A stretch of DNA of 34,980 bases from Deltaproteobacteria bacterium (GCA_011051925.1 DRKE01000369.1:1-34980); one strand, 5' to 3'; shown: positions 18,238-27,327, counted from the stretch's first letter. Made by a program: numbers and translations. Notes: generated by a model not told the origin, from the sequence alone.

Positions 18238-20226
18238 TTGGGCTCACGAGCCGTCTTCGAAAGAAATCTCGCCGCGATCCGCAAGCGGAGCCCGCAGCTC
18301 GCGGACGCCCTGGCGAAGACGGATGCCGCGGGGATCGAGGAAGTCGAAGGACCACGCGGCGCCGTCGTCCTGCGCGAACGGGGCGTGCTTCTCGGATCCG
18401 CCTACGATCCGAAGCGGGAGGCGGAACAGATCGCCGAGACCATGGCTTCGGAACCCGCCGACATCATGGTCGCGATCGGATTCGGCCTGGGCGACCAGTT
18501 CCCGCACTATTGCGAGCAGAACCCGGCGACCGTGATCGTCTTCGAGCCCTCGGTGGCGCGGCTCCGAGCAGCACTCCATCGCTTCTGCTTGACGAATCTC
18601 TATGCGACGAATCGGGATTTCTACATCACGACGGATCTCGAACACTTCTCCCGCCTCCTCGATCATCGCTATTTCCCCGGCCTGCGCATCCGGGTCTTCC
18701 CGCATCCCGCCGTGCTCCGACTCGACCCCGAGGCCGTCGGGCGGGCGGTCGAACGGACCCGTCGCGTGAAGGACGCCGCCGACACGGGAAGGATCACGAC
18801 GATCGAACGAATGATGCCCTGGGCACGCCTGGTCGCGGGAAATGGCCGGCGGATCGCTTCCTCCGCGAGCCTTCGCGCGCTGGTGGGTCCCTTCGAAGGC
18901 AAGCCCGCCGTCATCGTCGCCGCCGGACCTTCCCTCGACAAGCAACTCCCCCTCCTGAAGGAGCGGGAAGACCACGTTCTCATCATCGCCATCGGCCAGA
19001 CCGTGAAGGCCCTCGCCGCCGCAGGGATCACGCCGCATCTCGTACATGTCCTCGAAAGCCGGAACGTCTCCCATCAGTTGACGGACGGGGGCGATTCGCG
19101 GGAGCTGAACGTCGTGCTCTCCCCGGATTGCCATCCAGCCATCTACGACGTCCCGGTTCGCGGTTCCTTCGTCGCGACACCGAGCGTCAATCCGATGGGA
19201 GCCTGGATCGAGACGGTTCGCGGAGACCCCTGCCTCACGATCGGCGGGGGTACGGTCGCCCTGGGTGCCGTTGCCGTCGCACAGGCCCTCGGGTCGGATC
19301 CGGTCATGTTGATCGGCCAGGATCTCGCGTTCACCGAAGGGCGTGCCTACGCGAAGAATTCGGCCTACGACTTCGTCGGCGTCGAGCTTTCGGAAGACGG
19401 AGAGTGTTCCTTCACGAACGGGAAGCGGAAGGTCGCCCTGCTCGGCGACGAAGACGTCGACCGGGTTCGCGATCGGTTCTCCCGATCCGACGTGGTCTGG
19501 GTCGACGGCTGGCACGAAGGCGAGCGGGTTCCGACCTGGCGCGCCTACGCCTCGTTCATCGAGCAGTATCGCGACGCGGGACTCTTCCTGGCCCAGTCGG
19601 GAATCCGACTGGTGAACTGCACCGAAGGGGGCGCGCGCATCCCCGGAATCGAGCACCTCGCTTTTCGAGAAGTCCTGGACGCGCTTCCGAGCGACTCCCT
19701 GGAGGCTTTCGCGACGATCGATCGCGCCTTCCGCGAGGCACCGCGACACGACCTCTCCGATTTCGCGGACGCGATCCGGAAGGCGCGCCGATCCCTCGAG
19801 CGGATCGAGCAGGAGTCCAGGAAGGCCCTCCGCTTCGCGAAGCGAAACGGGTCGAGGCTTCTCCGGGGGAAGGACGACCAACAGACCATCGACGTGCTCC
19901 GTCGGCTGGCTCGCCATGAGAAGAAGCTCCGAACGCAACTGGATCGGATGCCCTGGCTCGACGCGCTCGTCCAGCCGGAGATCTACAGCGCGATGGCCGC
20001 ATCCCGGAGGACCGAGCGCCAGGACCCCGGCCTCGAGGAACTTCTCGAGGAGTCACTCTTCCTCTTCGAAGCCGTCTGCCATGGGGTCGTACGCGCGCGA
20101 TCCTGGTTCGATCACTTCGAGGCTTCCTTCGACGAGGGAGCGGGCAACGGGGCCGGCCCGGATCGGCGAGAGGGAAAACCGGTCCGGCGGACCGATTCCC
20201 CGGATCTCGCGGCCGTCGCGCCCTGA
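18238..20226 (+). CDS. maf: Motility associated factor (Maf) family glycosyltransferase (DUF115/MptE-like core)
   Basis: FERNLAAI, S.YDP..EAE, GFGLG, VIVFEP, core KPAVIVAAGPSLDKQLPLLK, GITPHLV, GGTVA, MLIGQDLAF and NCTEGGARIPG, with a helical C-terminus. TTG start with GGGGAGGA RBS. Confidence 0.88.
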   Translation: MGSRAVFERNLAAIRKRSPQLADALAKTDAAGIEEVEGPRGAVVLRERGVLLGSAYDPKREAEQIAETMASEPADIMVAIGFGLGDQFPHYCEQNPATVIVFEPSVARLRAALHRFCLTNLYATNRDFYITTDLEHFSRLLDHRYFPGLRIRVFPHPAVLRLDPEAVGRAVERTRRVKDAADTGRITTIERMMPWARLVAGNGRRIASSASLRALVGPFEGKPAVIVAAGPSLDKQLPLLKEREDHVLIIAIGQTVKALAAAGITPHLVHVLESRNVSHQLTDGGDSRELNVVLSPDCHPAIYDVPVRGSFVATPSVNPMGAWIETVRGDPCLTIGGGTVALGAVAVAQALGSDPVMLIGQDLAFTEGRAYAKNSAYDFVGVELSEDGECSFTNGKRKVALLGDEDVDRVRDRFSRSDVVWVDGWHEGERVPTWRAYASFIEQYRDAGLFLAQSGIRLVNCTEGGARIPGIEHLAFREVLDALPSDSLEAFATIDRAFREAPRHDLSDFADAIRKARRSLERIEQESRKALRFAKRNGSRLLRGKDDQQTIDVLRRLARHEKKLRTQLDRMPWLDALVQPEIYSAMAASRRTERQDPGLEELLEESLFLFEAVCHGVVRARSWFDHFEASFDEGAGNGAGPDRREGKPVRRTDSPDLAAVAP

Positions 20227-20258
20227 CGATACGCCCGTGAGACCCGATCAGATCCCGA

Positions 20259-22052
20259 TCATGCGTTCCTGATCCCCGCGATCCGGTCGGCGATTCCCTT
20301 CGCATCGAGACCGTAGGCCGCCTCGAGTTCGGCGTTGCTTCCCGCTTCGATGAAGCTCGCTGGAAGACCGATCTGGACGAGTTCCCGGTCGTTCTCCCCG
20401 GCAGAGAAAAGCAGGGAAGCGACCGCCGATCCGACCCCTCCGTCGAGAACGGCTTCTTCGACCGTGACGACGCGAGCATGGTCGCGGATCTTCTCGAGGA
20501 GCGCCGCTTCGGGAAGGGGCTTCAGTCTCCGCAGGTTGACGACTCGTGCCTCGATTCCCCTGTTCGCGAGAAGCTCCGATGCCTCGAGACAGGCCCGGAC
20601 CTTGTTGCCGACGGCGACGATCGCCACGTCCGGACCGTCTCGAACGATCTCGGGCTCGAAGAGTGTCCCGCCGCGGGCATCTTCGGCGGCGGGATCGATC
20701 GAATCCGCTGGTCCGTAGGGCATCATGACCAGGACGGGCCCCTCGATCGTTTCGAGAATCTCCCGGACCATCGCCCGCGCCTCATGGCGGTCCTTCGGAT
20801 AGAAGATCTCCAGATTCGGGATCGGGCGCAGATAGGCGATGTCGTAGATGCCATGGTGGGTGGGATTGTCGTAGCCGCTGAAGCCGCTCCGATACGAGAG
20901 CATCAGACAGGGACGATTCGCGAAAGCCACGTCGTGGATGATCTGATCGAAAGCACGCTGCAGGAAGGTCGACTGATAGGCGATGATCGGCAGCTTCCCG
21001 GCCAGGGAGAACCCCACGCACATGGAGAGCGCGTGTTGTTCTTCCATCCCGGGATCGAAACAGCGTTCCGGGTACTTCTCGAAGACTCCAGCCAGGCCTG
21101 TCGCGTAGAGCGTCGAGGGCGTGATGCAGACCGCATCGCGATTCGCCGCCATGAAGCCGTCGATCACTTCCGCGACCACCTCGGGATAGCCGGGAGCGGG
21201 CGTCGAGGCATCCCGCGGCGTGCCGGACACCGGATCGAAGGGAAAGGAGAAATGCAACCGGAAGGGATGATCGTCGGCCGGGGCCCAGCCCTTTCCCTTG
21301 ACCGTGCGCGCATGCACGAGGCTGAGCCCGTCTGCCGCCTTGGCTGCCTCGAGGGCTTCCATCAGGTCCCCGATCGAATGCCCATCGACGCGCCCGAGAT
21401 AATTCGCGCCGAGACTCCCGAAATAATCCCTTGCCCGCCCCGCCTCGCCCTGCAACATCTCGTGAAAGGCACCGAATCCGGGACTGATCGCATAGCCATT
21501 GTCGTTCAGGAGAACGATCAGGTTCGTCTTTTCGACGATCGCATGGTTGAAGGCTTCGAGGGAGATCCCCTCGACGAAGGCGCCATCGCCCACCGTCGCG
21601 ACGACATGGGAGGGATCATGGTCGAGCTTCCGTGCCAGCGCCAATCCCAGCCCCACGGAAATGGCGGTACCCGCATGAGAAGACTCGATCAGGTCGTGAG
21701 GGCTTTCGGTCGGCGTCAGGAAACGATTCATTCCGCCATGGCGGTTCAGTGACGGAAAGAGGCCAGCTCGTCCGGTGAGCAACTTGTGCGTGTAGCCCTG
21801 ATGACCGGTATCGAAGAGGAGTGCGTCCCGGGGCGTCTCGAAACAGGCGTGGAGAGCGATCGTCAATTCGACCGTCCCGAGGTTGGCTCCGATATGGCCT
21901 CCCGTCTTCGAGACATGGTCGAGCAGGAAACGCCGGACCTGCGTCGCCAGATCTTCCAGCTCGGACAGTCCGCATCGACGCAGCGGCGATGGATCCGCGA
22001 GCCGTGTCAATTCGATCGGGCCCGCCTCGTGGATCGGGAGTTGTGCACTCAA
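20259..22052 (-). CDS. Divergent DXS-like ThDP-dependent carboligase
   Basis: GGHIGANLGTVELTIALH, FDTGHQGYTHKLLTGR, ThDP motif GDGA...LLNDN, VDGH, TVKGKG, EQHA, STFLQRAFDQ, and a transketolase C-terminal domain. TTG start with GAGGGG RBS. Confidence 0.9.
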   Translation of the reverse strand: MSAQLPIHEAGPIELTRLADPSPLRRCGLSELEDLATQVRRFLLDHVSKTGGHIGANLGTVELTIALHACFETPRDALLFDTGHQGYTHKLLTGRAGLFPSLNRHGGMNRFLTPTESPHDLIESSHAGTAISVGLGLALARKLDHDPSHVVATVGDGAFVEGISLEAFNHAIVEKTNLIVLLNDNGYAISPGFGAFHEMLQGEAGRARDYFGSLGANYLGRVDGHSIGDLMEALEAAKAADGLSLVHARTVKGKGWAPADDHPFRLHFSFPFDPVSGTPRDASTPAPGYPEVVAEVIDGFMAANRDAVCITPSTLYATGLAGVFEKYPERCFDPGMEEQHALSMCVGFSLAGKLPIIAYQSTFLQRAFDQIIHDVAFANRPCLMLSYRSGFSGYDNPTHHGIYDIAYLRPIPNLEIFYPKDRHEARAMVREILETIEGPVLVMMPYGPADSIDPAAEDARGGTLFEPEIVRDGPDVAIVAVGNKVRACLEASELLANRGIEARVVNLRRLKPLPEAALLEKIRDHARVVTVEEAVLDGGVGSAVASLLFSAGENDRELVQIGLPASFIEAGSNAELEAAYGLDAKGIADRIAGIRNA

Positions 22053-22276
22053 ATCGGATTCCCCTCGGCCCGCGTCGGATCGGGGCCCTGACCGGTCATC
22101 GGGAAAGCCCTTGTTTTTCTTTACATTGCGCCGGGAAGGCGCGGCTCGGTTGCCGGACCCGGCCGAGCCGGCATGACACCCGGCACGAACTCCGGAGAAC
22201 CCCCCAGAAAATCCGTCTCCCGATCGGAAAGACCGAGCGGATCCGCAATTTTGGATCTCCTCGAATCACGCCATCT

Positions 22277-22284
22277 GCCGATAG
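22277..22284 (+). promoter_or_regulatory. Possible sigma-28 (FliA) -10 element upstream of the ATP-grasp operon
   Basis: GCCGATAG is a 7/8 match to GCCGATAA, 75 bp before ATG 22360. The -35 match is poor. Confidence 0.35.
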
Positions 22285-22359
22285 GCAGGGGGAACGCAGG
22301 GAGAGAAGCATGACGACACGCAGGGGCAACCGACCTCTTCTTCCGCGAAGCCCGGAAGC

Positions 22360-23694
22360 ATGACCGGAAACGCGCGAACGCTCGTCGTTCTGGGCGCGAG
22401 TACCGATCAGCTCTTCCTGATCGAGACGGCGCAGGCACTCGGCCTGCGTGTCCTCGCCGTGGACCGGGATGCCGACGCCCCCGGGTTTGCCGTGGCCGAG
22501 GAATCGGCGCTCATCAGCACCCGGGACGTCGCCGGGATCTGCGCTCATCTCGATCGACTCGAGAAGGACGAAGGCGCGGTCTTCGCGGGGGTCACGACGA
22601 TGGGAAGCGACATTCCCGAGATCGTCGCCGCGATCGCCGGGCATCTGGGGACGCCCTCCATTCCCCTCGAAGCGGCTCGATTGACCGTCGACAAGTTCGC
22701 GATGAAGGTGCGTCTTCGCGAATGCTCGATTCCGATCCCCTGGTTCCGGGAAGTTCCCGGCGTGGAAGACCTGCTCGAGGTGATCGCGGATCGAGGACTT
22801 CCCCTCGTCATCAAACCGATCGACCGCTCGGGGTCCCGGGGCGTCTTCTTCCTCCGCCCGGGCTGCGACCCCACGGATCTCTTCCAGAAGGCGAAGGCCT
22901 TTTCGTTCTCGGGTCGCGTCCAGGTCGAGGAATATCTTCCCGGGCCCCAGATCAGCACGGAAACGATCCTCTACGGTGGGCGGGCGGTCACCCCGGGTTT
23001 CGCCGATCGGAACTACGACACCTTCGAGCGGTTCCTTCCCCAGATCATGGAAAACGGAGGATGGGTCCCTTCCCTCCTCTCGGCCGAGGAACGGAAGCAG
23101 GTGGAAGAGCTGGTCGTCTCGGCTTCCCTCGCATTGGGCATCTCGGAGGGCGTCACGAAGGGGGACGTCGTGATGACACCCGAGGGCCCCAGGATCATCG
23201 AGATTGCCGCCCGCCTGAGCGGCGGTGACTTCTGCGCGGGACTGGTCCCTCTCGGATCGGGCGTCAACTACGTCCGGACCGCGATCCAGATCGCGATCGG
23301 CGAGACGCCGGATCTCGACGCCCTCGCACCCCGTTTCGAGAGAGCCGTCGCGAATCGTTATTTCTTTCCCGAACCGGGCCGTCTCGTCCGGATCGAGGGC
23401 GTCGAAGCCATTCGCGCGAGGCCCTGGCTCCACAAACTCGAATTCTGGTACCGACCCGGGGAGATCGTTCCCGAAAGCCTCAGCCATGCCCATCGGTTCG
23501 GGGTCTTCGTCGTGAGCGCGCCGGATCGCGCGACGGCCCAGGCAAGGGTCGACGAGGTCTACGACACGATCCGGATCGTGACGAGGCCCGAGAAGGCAGC
23601 CTCGAGGACCCGTCCGGAATCCTCGTTCCCGCCGGACAGGCCATCGGCCGTCGCGACCCGCCCCGGGGCGATCGCGTCCGGGACTCGAGGATGA
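22360..23694 (+). CDS. ATP-grasp ligase 1
   Basis: VVLGASTDQ, DKFAMK, PLVIKPIDRSGSRGV, VEEYLPGPQIS, KGD and IIEIAARLSGG, plus an LAL_C2-like C-terminus (FFPEPG...HRFG). Confidence 0.9.
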   Translation: MTGNARTLVVLGASTDQLFLIETAQALGLRVLAVDRDADAPGFAVAEESALISTRDVAGICAHLDRLEKDEGAVFAGVTTMGSDIPEIVAAIAGHLGTPSIPLEAARLTVDKFAMKVRLRECSIPIPWFREVPGVEDLLEVIADRGLPLVIKPIDRSGSRGVFFLRPGCDPTDLFQKAKAFSFSGRVQVEEYLPGPQISTETILYGGRAVTPGFADRNYDTFERFLPQIMENGGWVPSLLSAEERKQVEELVVSASLALGISEGVTKGDVVMTPEGPRIIEIAARLSGGDFCAGLVPLGSGVNYVRTAIQIAIGETPDLDALAPRFERAVANRYFFPEPGRLVRIEGVEAIRARPWLHKLEFWYRPGEIVPESLSHAHRFGVFVVSAPDRATAQARVDEVYDTIRIVTRPEKAASRTRPESSFPPDRPSAVATRPGAIASGTRG

Positions 23695-23695
23695 A

Positions 23696-24916
23696 ATGGT
23701 GACGGTACCCGTCCGCTCGGGAGCCCTCGAATGGATCCACGTCGATTGCCCGCTCTGCGGGGCCGACGATGCCGAACCCGTCTATGAACGTGACCACGAG
23801 ACCGGTTCGACCCTCGGTCGACTCCGCAAGATCGACGTCCTCTGCCGCCGATGCGGATTCATGTACACCGACCCGCGACCGTCAGCCGCGGACATGCGTC
23901 GCTATTATGCGGAGGCCAGCGGCGCTTCGGGAAGCGTCTTCCACGCGATGGAGCCGGGCTCTCGGCTGCGCGGATTGATCGAGGAGCGTGCGGCCTTCAT
24001 GCAACCGCTCGTCGCTTCCCACTTCGGATCGGGACCCGGCGCGATCCTCGACATCGGATGCGCGACCGGCGACCTGCTCGAACACCTCGATCTTCCGGAA
24101 TGGCACAAGGCCGGGCTCGAGCCTTCGGCCAGAGCCTCCGCGACAGCCCGGACGCGCGGCCTCGAAGTCGAATGCGGGGATCTCGAGTCGACGTCGCTTC
24201 CCGACCGGAGCTTCGACGTCATCACATGCATCAGCGTGCTCGAACACGTCCACGATCTCCGGGCCTCGGTCGGACGGATCCGGCAGAGCCTCCGACCCGG
24301 AGGCCTGGCCTTCGTCGAAGTCCCCGACTCGACGCGGCCCGTGGCGCAGATCGCGGAGTTCTTTTCCTTCGAGCATCTCTCCCATTTCACGCGGGGAACG
24401 CTGGTCCGCTGTCTCGCGGAGGCCGGACTCGAAGCGATCGCCTTCGACGAACAGGTCGGCCTTCCCAACCTGCGCGTATGCGCACGGCGAAGCGAGCAGA
24501 TTCCCGCAAAGGCCGCCTTCGGAACGGACGATGCCGAAGCGCTTCGCCGGGCCATCGCTCGCTATCGTCGGCAACGCGAGGCCTTCGCGGAGACGCTCAC
24601 CCGCCGGCTGAACGATCGGGTCGACCGCTGGGCGACCCGGGATGCCCGCGTGGCGGTCTACGGCGCGGGCATGCACACGCGTTTCCTGATGGAGGTCGTC
24701 GATCTCGGCCGATCGGTCACATGTCTTCTCGACAGCGATCCGCGCAAGGCGGGAAGTTCGTTTCTCGGCTGGCGGGTCTTCGGACCGGACGACATCCCGC
24801 GACTCGGGCTGGACGCGATCCTGATTTCGACCAATGCCTTCGAGGAGGAGGTCTACTCGGCCATCGCCCCCACGGCGCGCGCACACGCGATCGAGGTCGT
24901 GCGGTGTTACGGATGA
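23696..24916 (+). CDS. SAM-dependent methyltransferase with NDP-sugar C-methyltransferase-like architecture
   Basis: N-terminal CPLC...CRRC Zn motif, ILDIGCATG, SVLEHV, FVEVP, EHLSHF, and C-terminal VAVYGAG...LDSDPRKAG domain. Confidence 0.85.
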   Translation: MVTVPVRSGALEWIHVDCPLCGADDAEPVYERDHETGSTLGRLRKIDVLCRRCGFMYTDPRPSAADMRRYYAEASGASGSVFHAMEPGSRLRGLIEERAAFMQPLVASHFGSGPGAILDIGCATGDLLEHLDLPEWHKAGLEPSARASATARTRGLEVECGDLESTSLPDRSFDVITCISVLEHVHDLRASVGRIRQSLRPGGLAFVEVPDSTRPVAQIAEFFSFEHLSHFTRGTLVRCLAEAGLEAIAFDEQVGLPNLRVCARRSEQIPAKAAFGTDDAEALRRAIARYRRQREAFAETLTRRLNDRVDRWATRDARVAVYGAGMHTRFLMEVVDLGRSVTCLLDSDPRKAGSSFLGWRVFGPDDIPRLGLDAILISTNAFEEEVYSAIAPTARAHAIEVVRCYG

Positions 24917-26028
24917 ACCGGGGCGGAACCCCGCGAAGGAACGACCCACGGAAGAGCCTGCTCGTCTACGGAGCCGGACGGAACCAGCTGCCCCTTCTCG
25001 CAGCCGGAAGGCGCAGGGGATGGCGCATCATCGCGATCGACCGTGACGCCGGAGCGCCCGGCCGCTCCCTCGCCGACCGTTTCCTGTGTCTCAGCCTGCG
25101 CGATCACGAAGCGATCGTGAAGGAACTGGCGTCCGAGAAGATCGTCGGGGTGGTCGCGCGAATCACCGATCACGTCGGCCTCGAGTCCGCCTGCCGGATC
25201 GCCCGTGACCAGGGTCTCGCCTCCGTCTGTCCCGGTCTCTTCGCCGCGGCGACCCACAAGACGGCCCTGGCCCGCCAGTGCCGACGCGCTGGCCTGCGCA
25301 CCCCCGAACGCCGTTCAGCGAGTGATCCGGACCTCTTCGAGAAGGGCCCCATCCTGTTGCGACCCGACGTGACGATCCGGGGGAAGGCCGGCATCCGCCG
25401 GGTCCGGTCCGTGGAAGCCCTCGAACTCGCGCTTCCCGAGACCCGTTCGCGATCGGGAAACGGAGAGGTCGACCTCGCGGATTGGATCGACGGCACGGAC
25501 GTCTCGATTCTCGTCCAGCTCGATCGGGGCCACGGACGGCGACTCGCCTTGTGGGACGAGTGGGTCGCACTCGATGCCGAGGGGATGATCCGGGGCGTCG
25601 GCTGCGGCATGCCCTCGGTCTTCGAGGAGGACCCGACCTCGATCGATCGGGTCATCGACCGATTGGCCCGCGCCTTTCCCGAAAGCCGTGGCCTGATCGC
25701 CCTCTCCCTTCGCATCGACGCGGCGAACCGGCCCTGGATGATCGAGATCCATCTGGGAATCGGCGGCGACGGCATCGCGGACCGCCTCCTGCCCGCGGCA
25801 CTGCCGGGTTTCGATGCGTTCGAGCTCCTCGCCCGGACGCAGGCCGGCGAACGGGTCGACCCGCCGCCTGCTCGCGCGCGACCTCGCGCATTGCTGCGGG
25901 ATGGGGAGGGCGGAGCATGGCGGATCGTCGAAGCCCGGGATGCCGCGACGCTGCGCGCCCGATGTCTCGCCTCGCTGCCCCGGGATTGGGAGGCGCCCCG
26001 GGGCCTGCTTCCGGGGACGAAGCCATGA
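24913..26028 (+). CDS. ATP-grasp protein 2 (degenerate motifs)
   Basis: LLVYGAGRNQ, THKTAL, LLRPDVTIRGKAGI, DWIDG and MIEIH. ATGA overlap with the upstream gene; C-terminal part of track ORF 23851..26028. Confidence 0.78.
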   Translation: MNRGGTPRRNDPRKSLLVYGAGRNQLPLLAAGRRRGWRIIAIDRDAGAPGRSLADRFLCLSLRDHEAIVKELASEKIVGVVARITDHVGLESACRIARDQGLASVCPGLFAAATHKTALARQCRRAGLRTPERRSASDPDLFEKGPILLRPDVTIRGKAGIRRVRSVEALELALPETRSRSGNGEVDLADWIDGTDVSILVQLDRGHGRRLALWDEWVALDAEGMIRGVGCGMPSVFEEDPTSIDRVIDRLARAFPESRGLIALSLRIDAANRPWMIEIHLGIGGDGIADRLLPAALPGFDAFELLARTQAGERVDPPPARARPRALLRDGEGGAWRIVEARDAATLRARCLASLPRDWEAPRGLLPGTKP

Positions 26029-27218
26029 GACGCGGGGTCGTCCAGCTGGGCGCGGGTCCCGTCCAACGCGGGCTGCTCGAACGCTTCCGCGAAAACGGCC
26101 TGGTCCCGATCCTCGTCGACCGGAACGAGCGACCCGCCGGCCGCGTTCCCGGAAGCCTCCACGTTCGCGCGCCGATCGACGAGCCGCAGACGATCGTCCG
26201 GGCTCTTCAGGAAGCCCGGTCGGATCGGCGGCTGGCCGGAGTCGGGATCGGCGCCGTTCTCACGAGCACCGACCTCGGTGTCGCGAGCGTCCCGGTCGTC
26301 GCGAGAGCCCTCGACCTGCCGCATGCCTCGATCGATTCGATCGCCACGATGGACGACAAGGCCCTTGCGCGACGGGTGCTCTCCGAAGCGGGAGTCCGCG
26401 TACCGGAGGGATGGCTCGGCCGACGCCCCTGCGACATTCCCGCCCTCGAAACCGACCGCGAGTGGATCGTGAAACCCGTCGACTCTTCGGGCAGCCGCGG
26501 CGTCAGGCGCATCCGGGGCCCGGTCGCCCTGGCCCATGCGATCGAGAACGCCCTCGCCTTCAGCGACCGCTTCCTCGTCGAGGAATGCATCGACGGGATC
26601 CATCTCGACATCAACGGTCTGGTCATCGACGGCCGGTTCGAGCTGGTTTCGATCGGCCGGCGGCATTTCACGAGGCCCCCCGCCTGCGTGCCGATCCATG
26701 GCGGAATCGCCGGTGGCTGGAGCGCATCGCTCGCCGAAGAGGTCGTCCGGCTGATGCAGGCCTCCGTTGCGGCCTTCGACTATCGCCATGGCCCCGTGAA
26801 GGCCGATCTCATCCAGGACGAGCGCGGTCTCGTCGTCCTCGAACTGGCCGCCCGTTTCCATGGGGACGTCTTCTCCCATCACGTCGCCGAAGCAGCCGGA
26901 CGGCCTCCCGCCGCCCTCGTCTGGCTGGCGCGCCTGGGACTCTGCCCGAAGCCGGTGGAAGGACCCCGCCACGGGGGCTGGTTCGGCGTCTTCGCCGAGA
27001 AGGCCGGCACGATCCGGGCGATCGAGGGACTCGACGAGGTCCGCTCGCTTCCCGGCTTCCGGACCTGGATCCCCCGGCTCGGTCCGGGCGACCCGGTCGG
27101 CTCGCCCGAGGACAACCGAGCCCTCGTGGGCTTCGGGCTGATCGGTTTCGACCGGACGGAAGATCTCTGGGCGGAAGCCGATCGGCGGCGGCAGATGATC
27201 CGGGTGGCGCTCGACTGA
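26025..27218 (+). CDS. ATP-grasp ligase 3
   Basis: QLGAGPVQ, DDKALAR, WIVKPVDSSGSRGV, LVEECIDG, GPVKAD and LELAARFHG, with an LAL_C2-like tail. ATGA overlap with the upstream gene. Confidence 0.88.
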   Translation: MRRGVVQLGAGPVQRGLLERFRENGLVPILVDRNERPAGRVPGSLHVRAPIDEPQTIVRALQEARSDRRLAGVGIGAVLTSTDLGVASVPVVARALDLPHASIDSIATMDDKALARRVLSEAGVRVPEGWLGRRPCDIPALETDREWIVKPVDSSGSRGVRRIRGPVALAHAIENALAFSDRFLVEECIDGIHLDINGLVIDGRFELVSIGRRHFTRPPACVPIHGGIAGGWSASLAEEVVRLMQASVAAFDYRHGPVKADLIQDERGLVVLELAARFHGDVFSHHVAEAAGRPPAALVWLARLGLCPKPVEGPRHGGWFGVFAEKAGTIRAIEGLDEVRSLPGFRTWIPRLGPGDPVGSPEDNRALVGFGLIGFDRTEDLWAEADRRRQMIRVALD

Positions 27219-27243
27219 TCGTCGAAGGGAAACGGTTCGGACG

Positions 27244-27286
27244 GACGGGTCCCGACCTGGACCGGCCAGGAGAATCCCGACCCGTC
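27244..27286. terminator. Nested stem-loop between convergent genes (possible bidirectional terminator)
   Basis: GACGGGTC...GACCCGTC outer arms with an inner CCTGG-N5-CCAGG stem. No U-tract. Confidence 0.35.
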
Positions 27287-27327
27287 ATCCGCGTCGAGCC
27301 AGGACGGGGCATCCGCCGGATCCCGCC

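Noticed and set aside
18238-20226. Annotation as folate enzyme MptE
   Set aside because: The 662-aa length and flanking domains fit Maf glycosyltransferases, which share that core domain.
20259-22052. Annotation as housekeeping dxs of the MEP pathway
   Set aside because: Acceptor-binding motifs are altered and there is no ispA/xseB context, so the gene symbol is withheld.
22360-27218. Graspetide (RiPP) cluster
   Set aside because: No credible precursor peptide, and the ligases resemble LAL/carboxylate-amine types rather than RimK-like macrocyclases.
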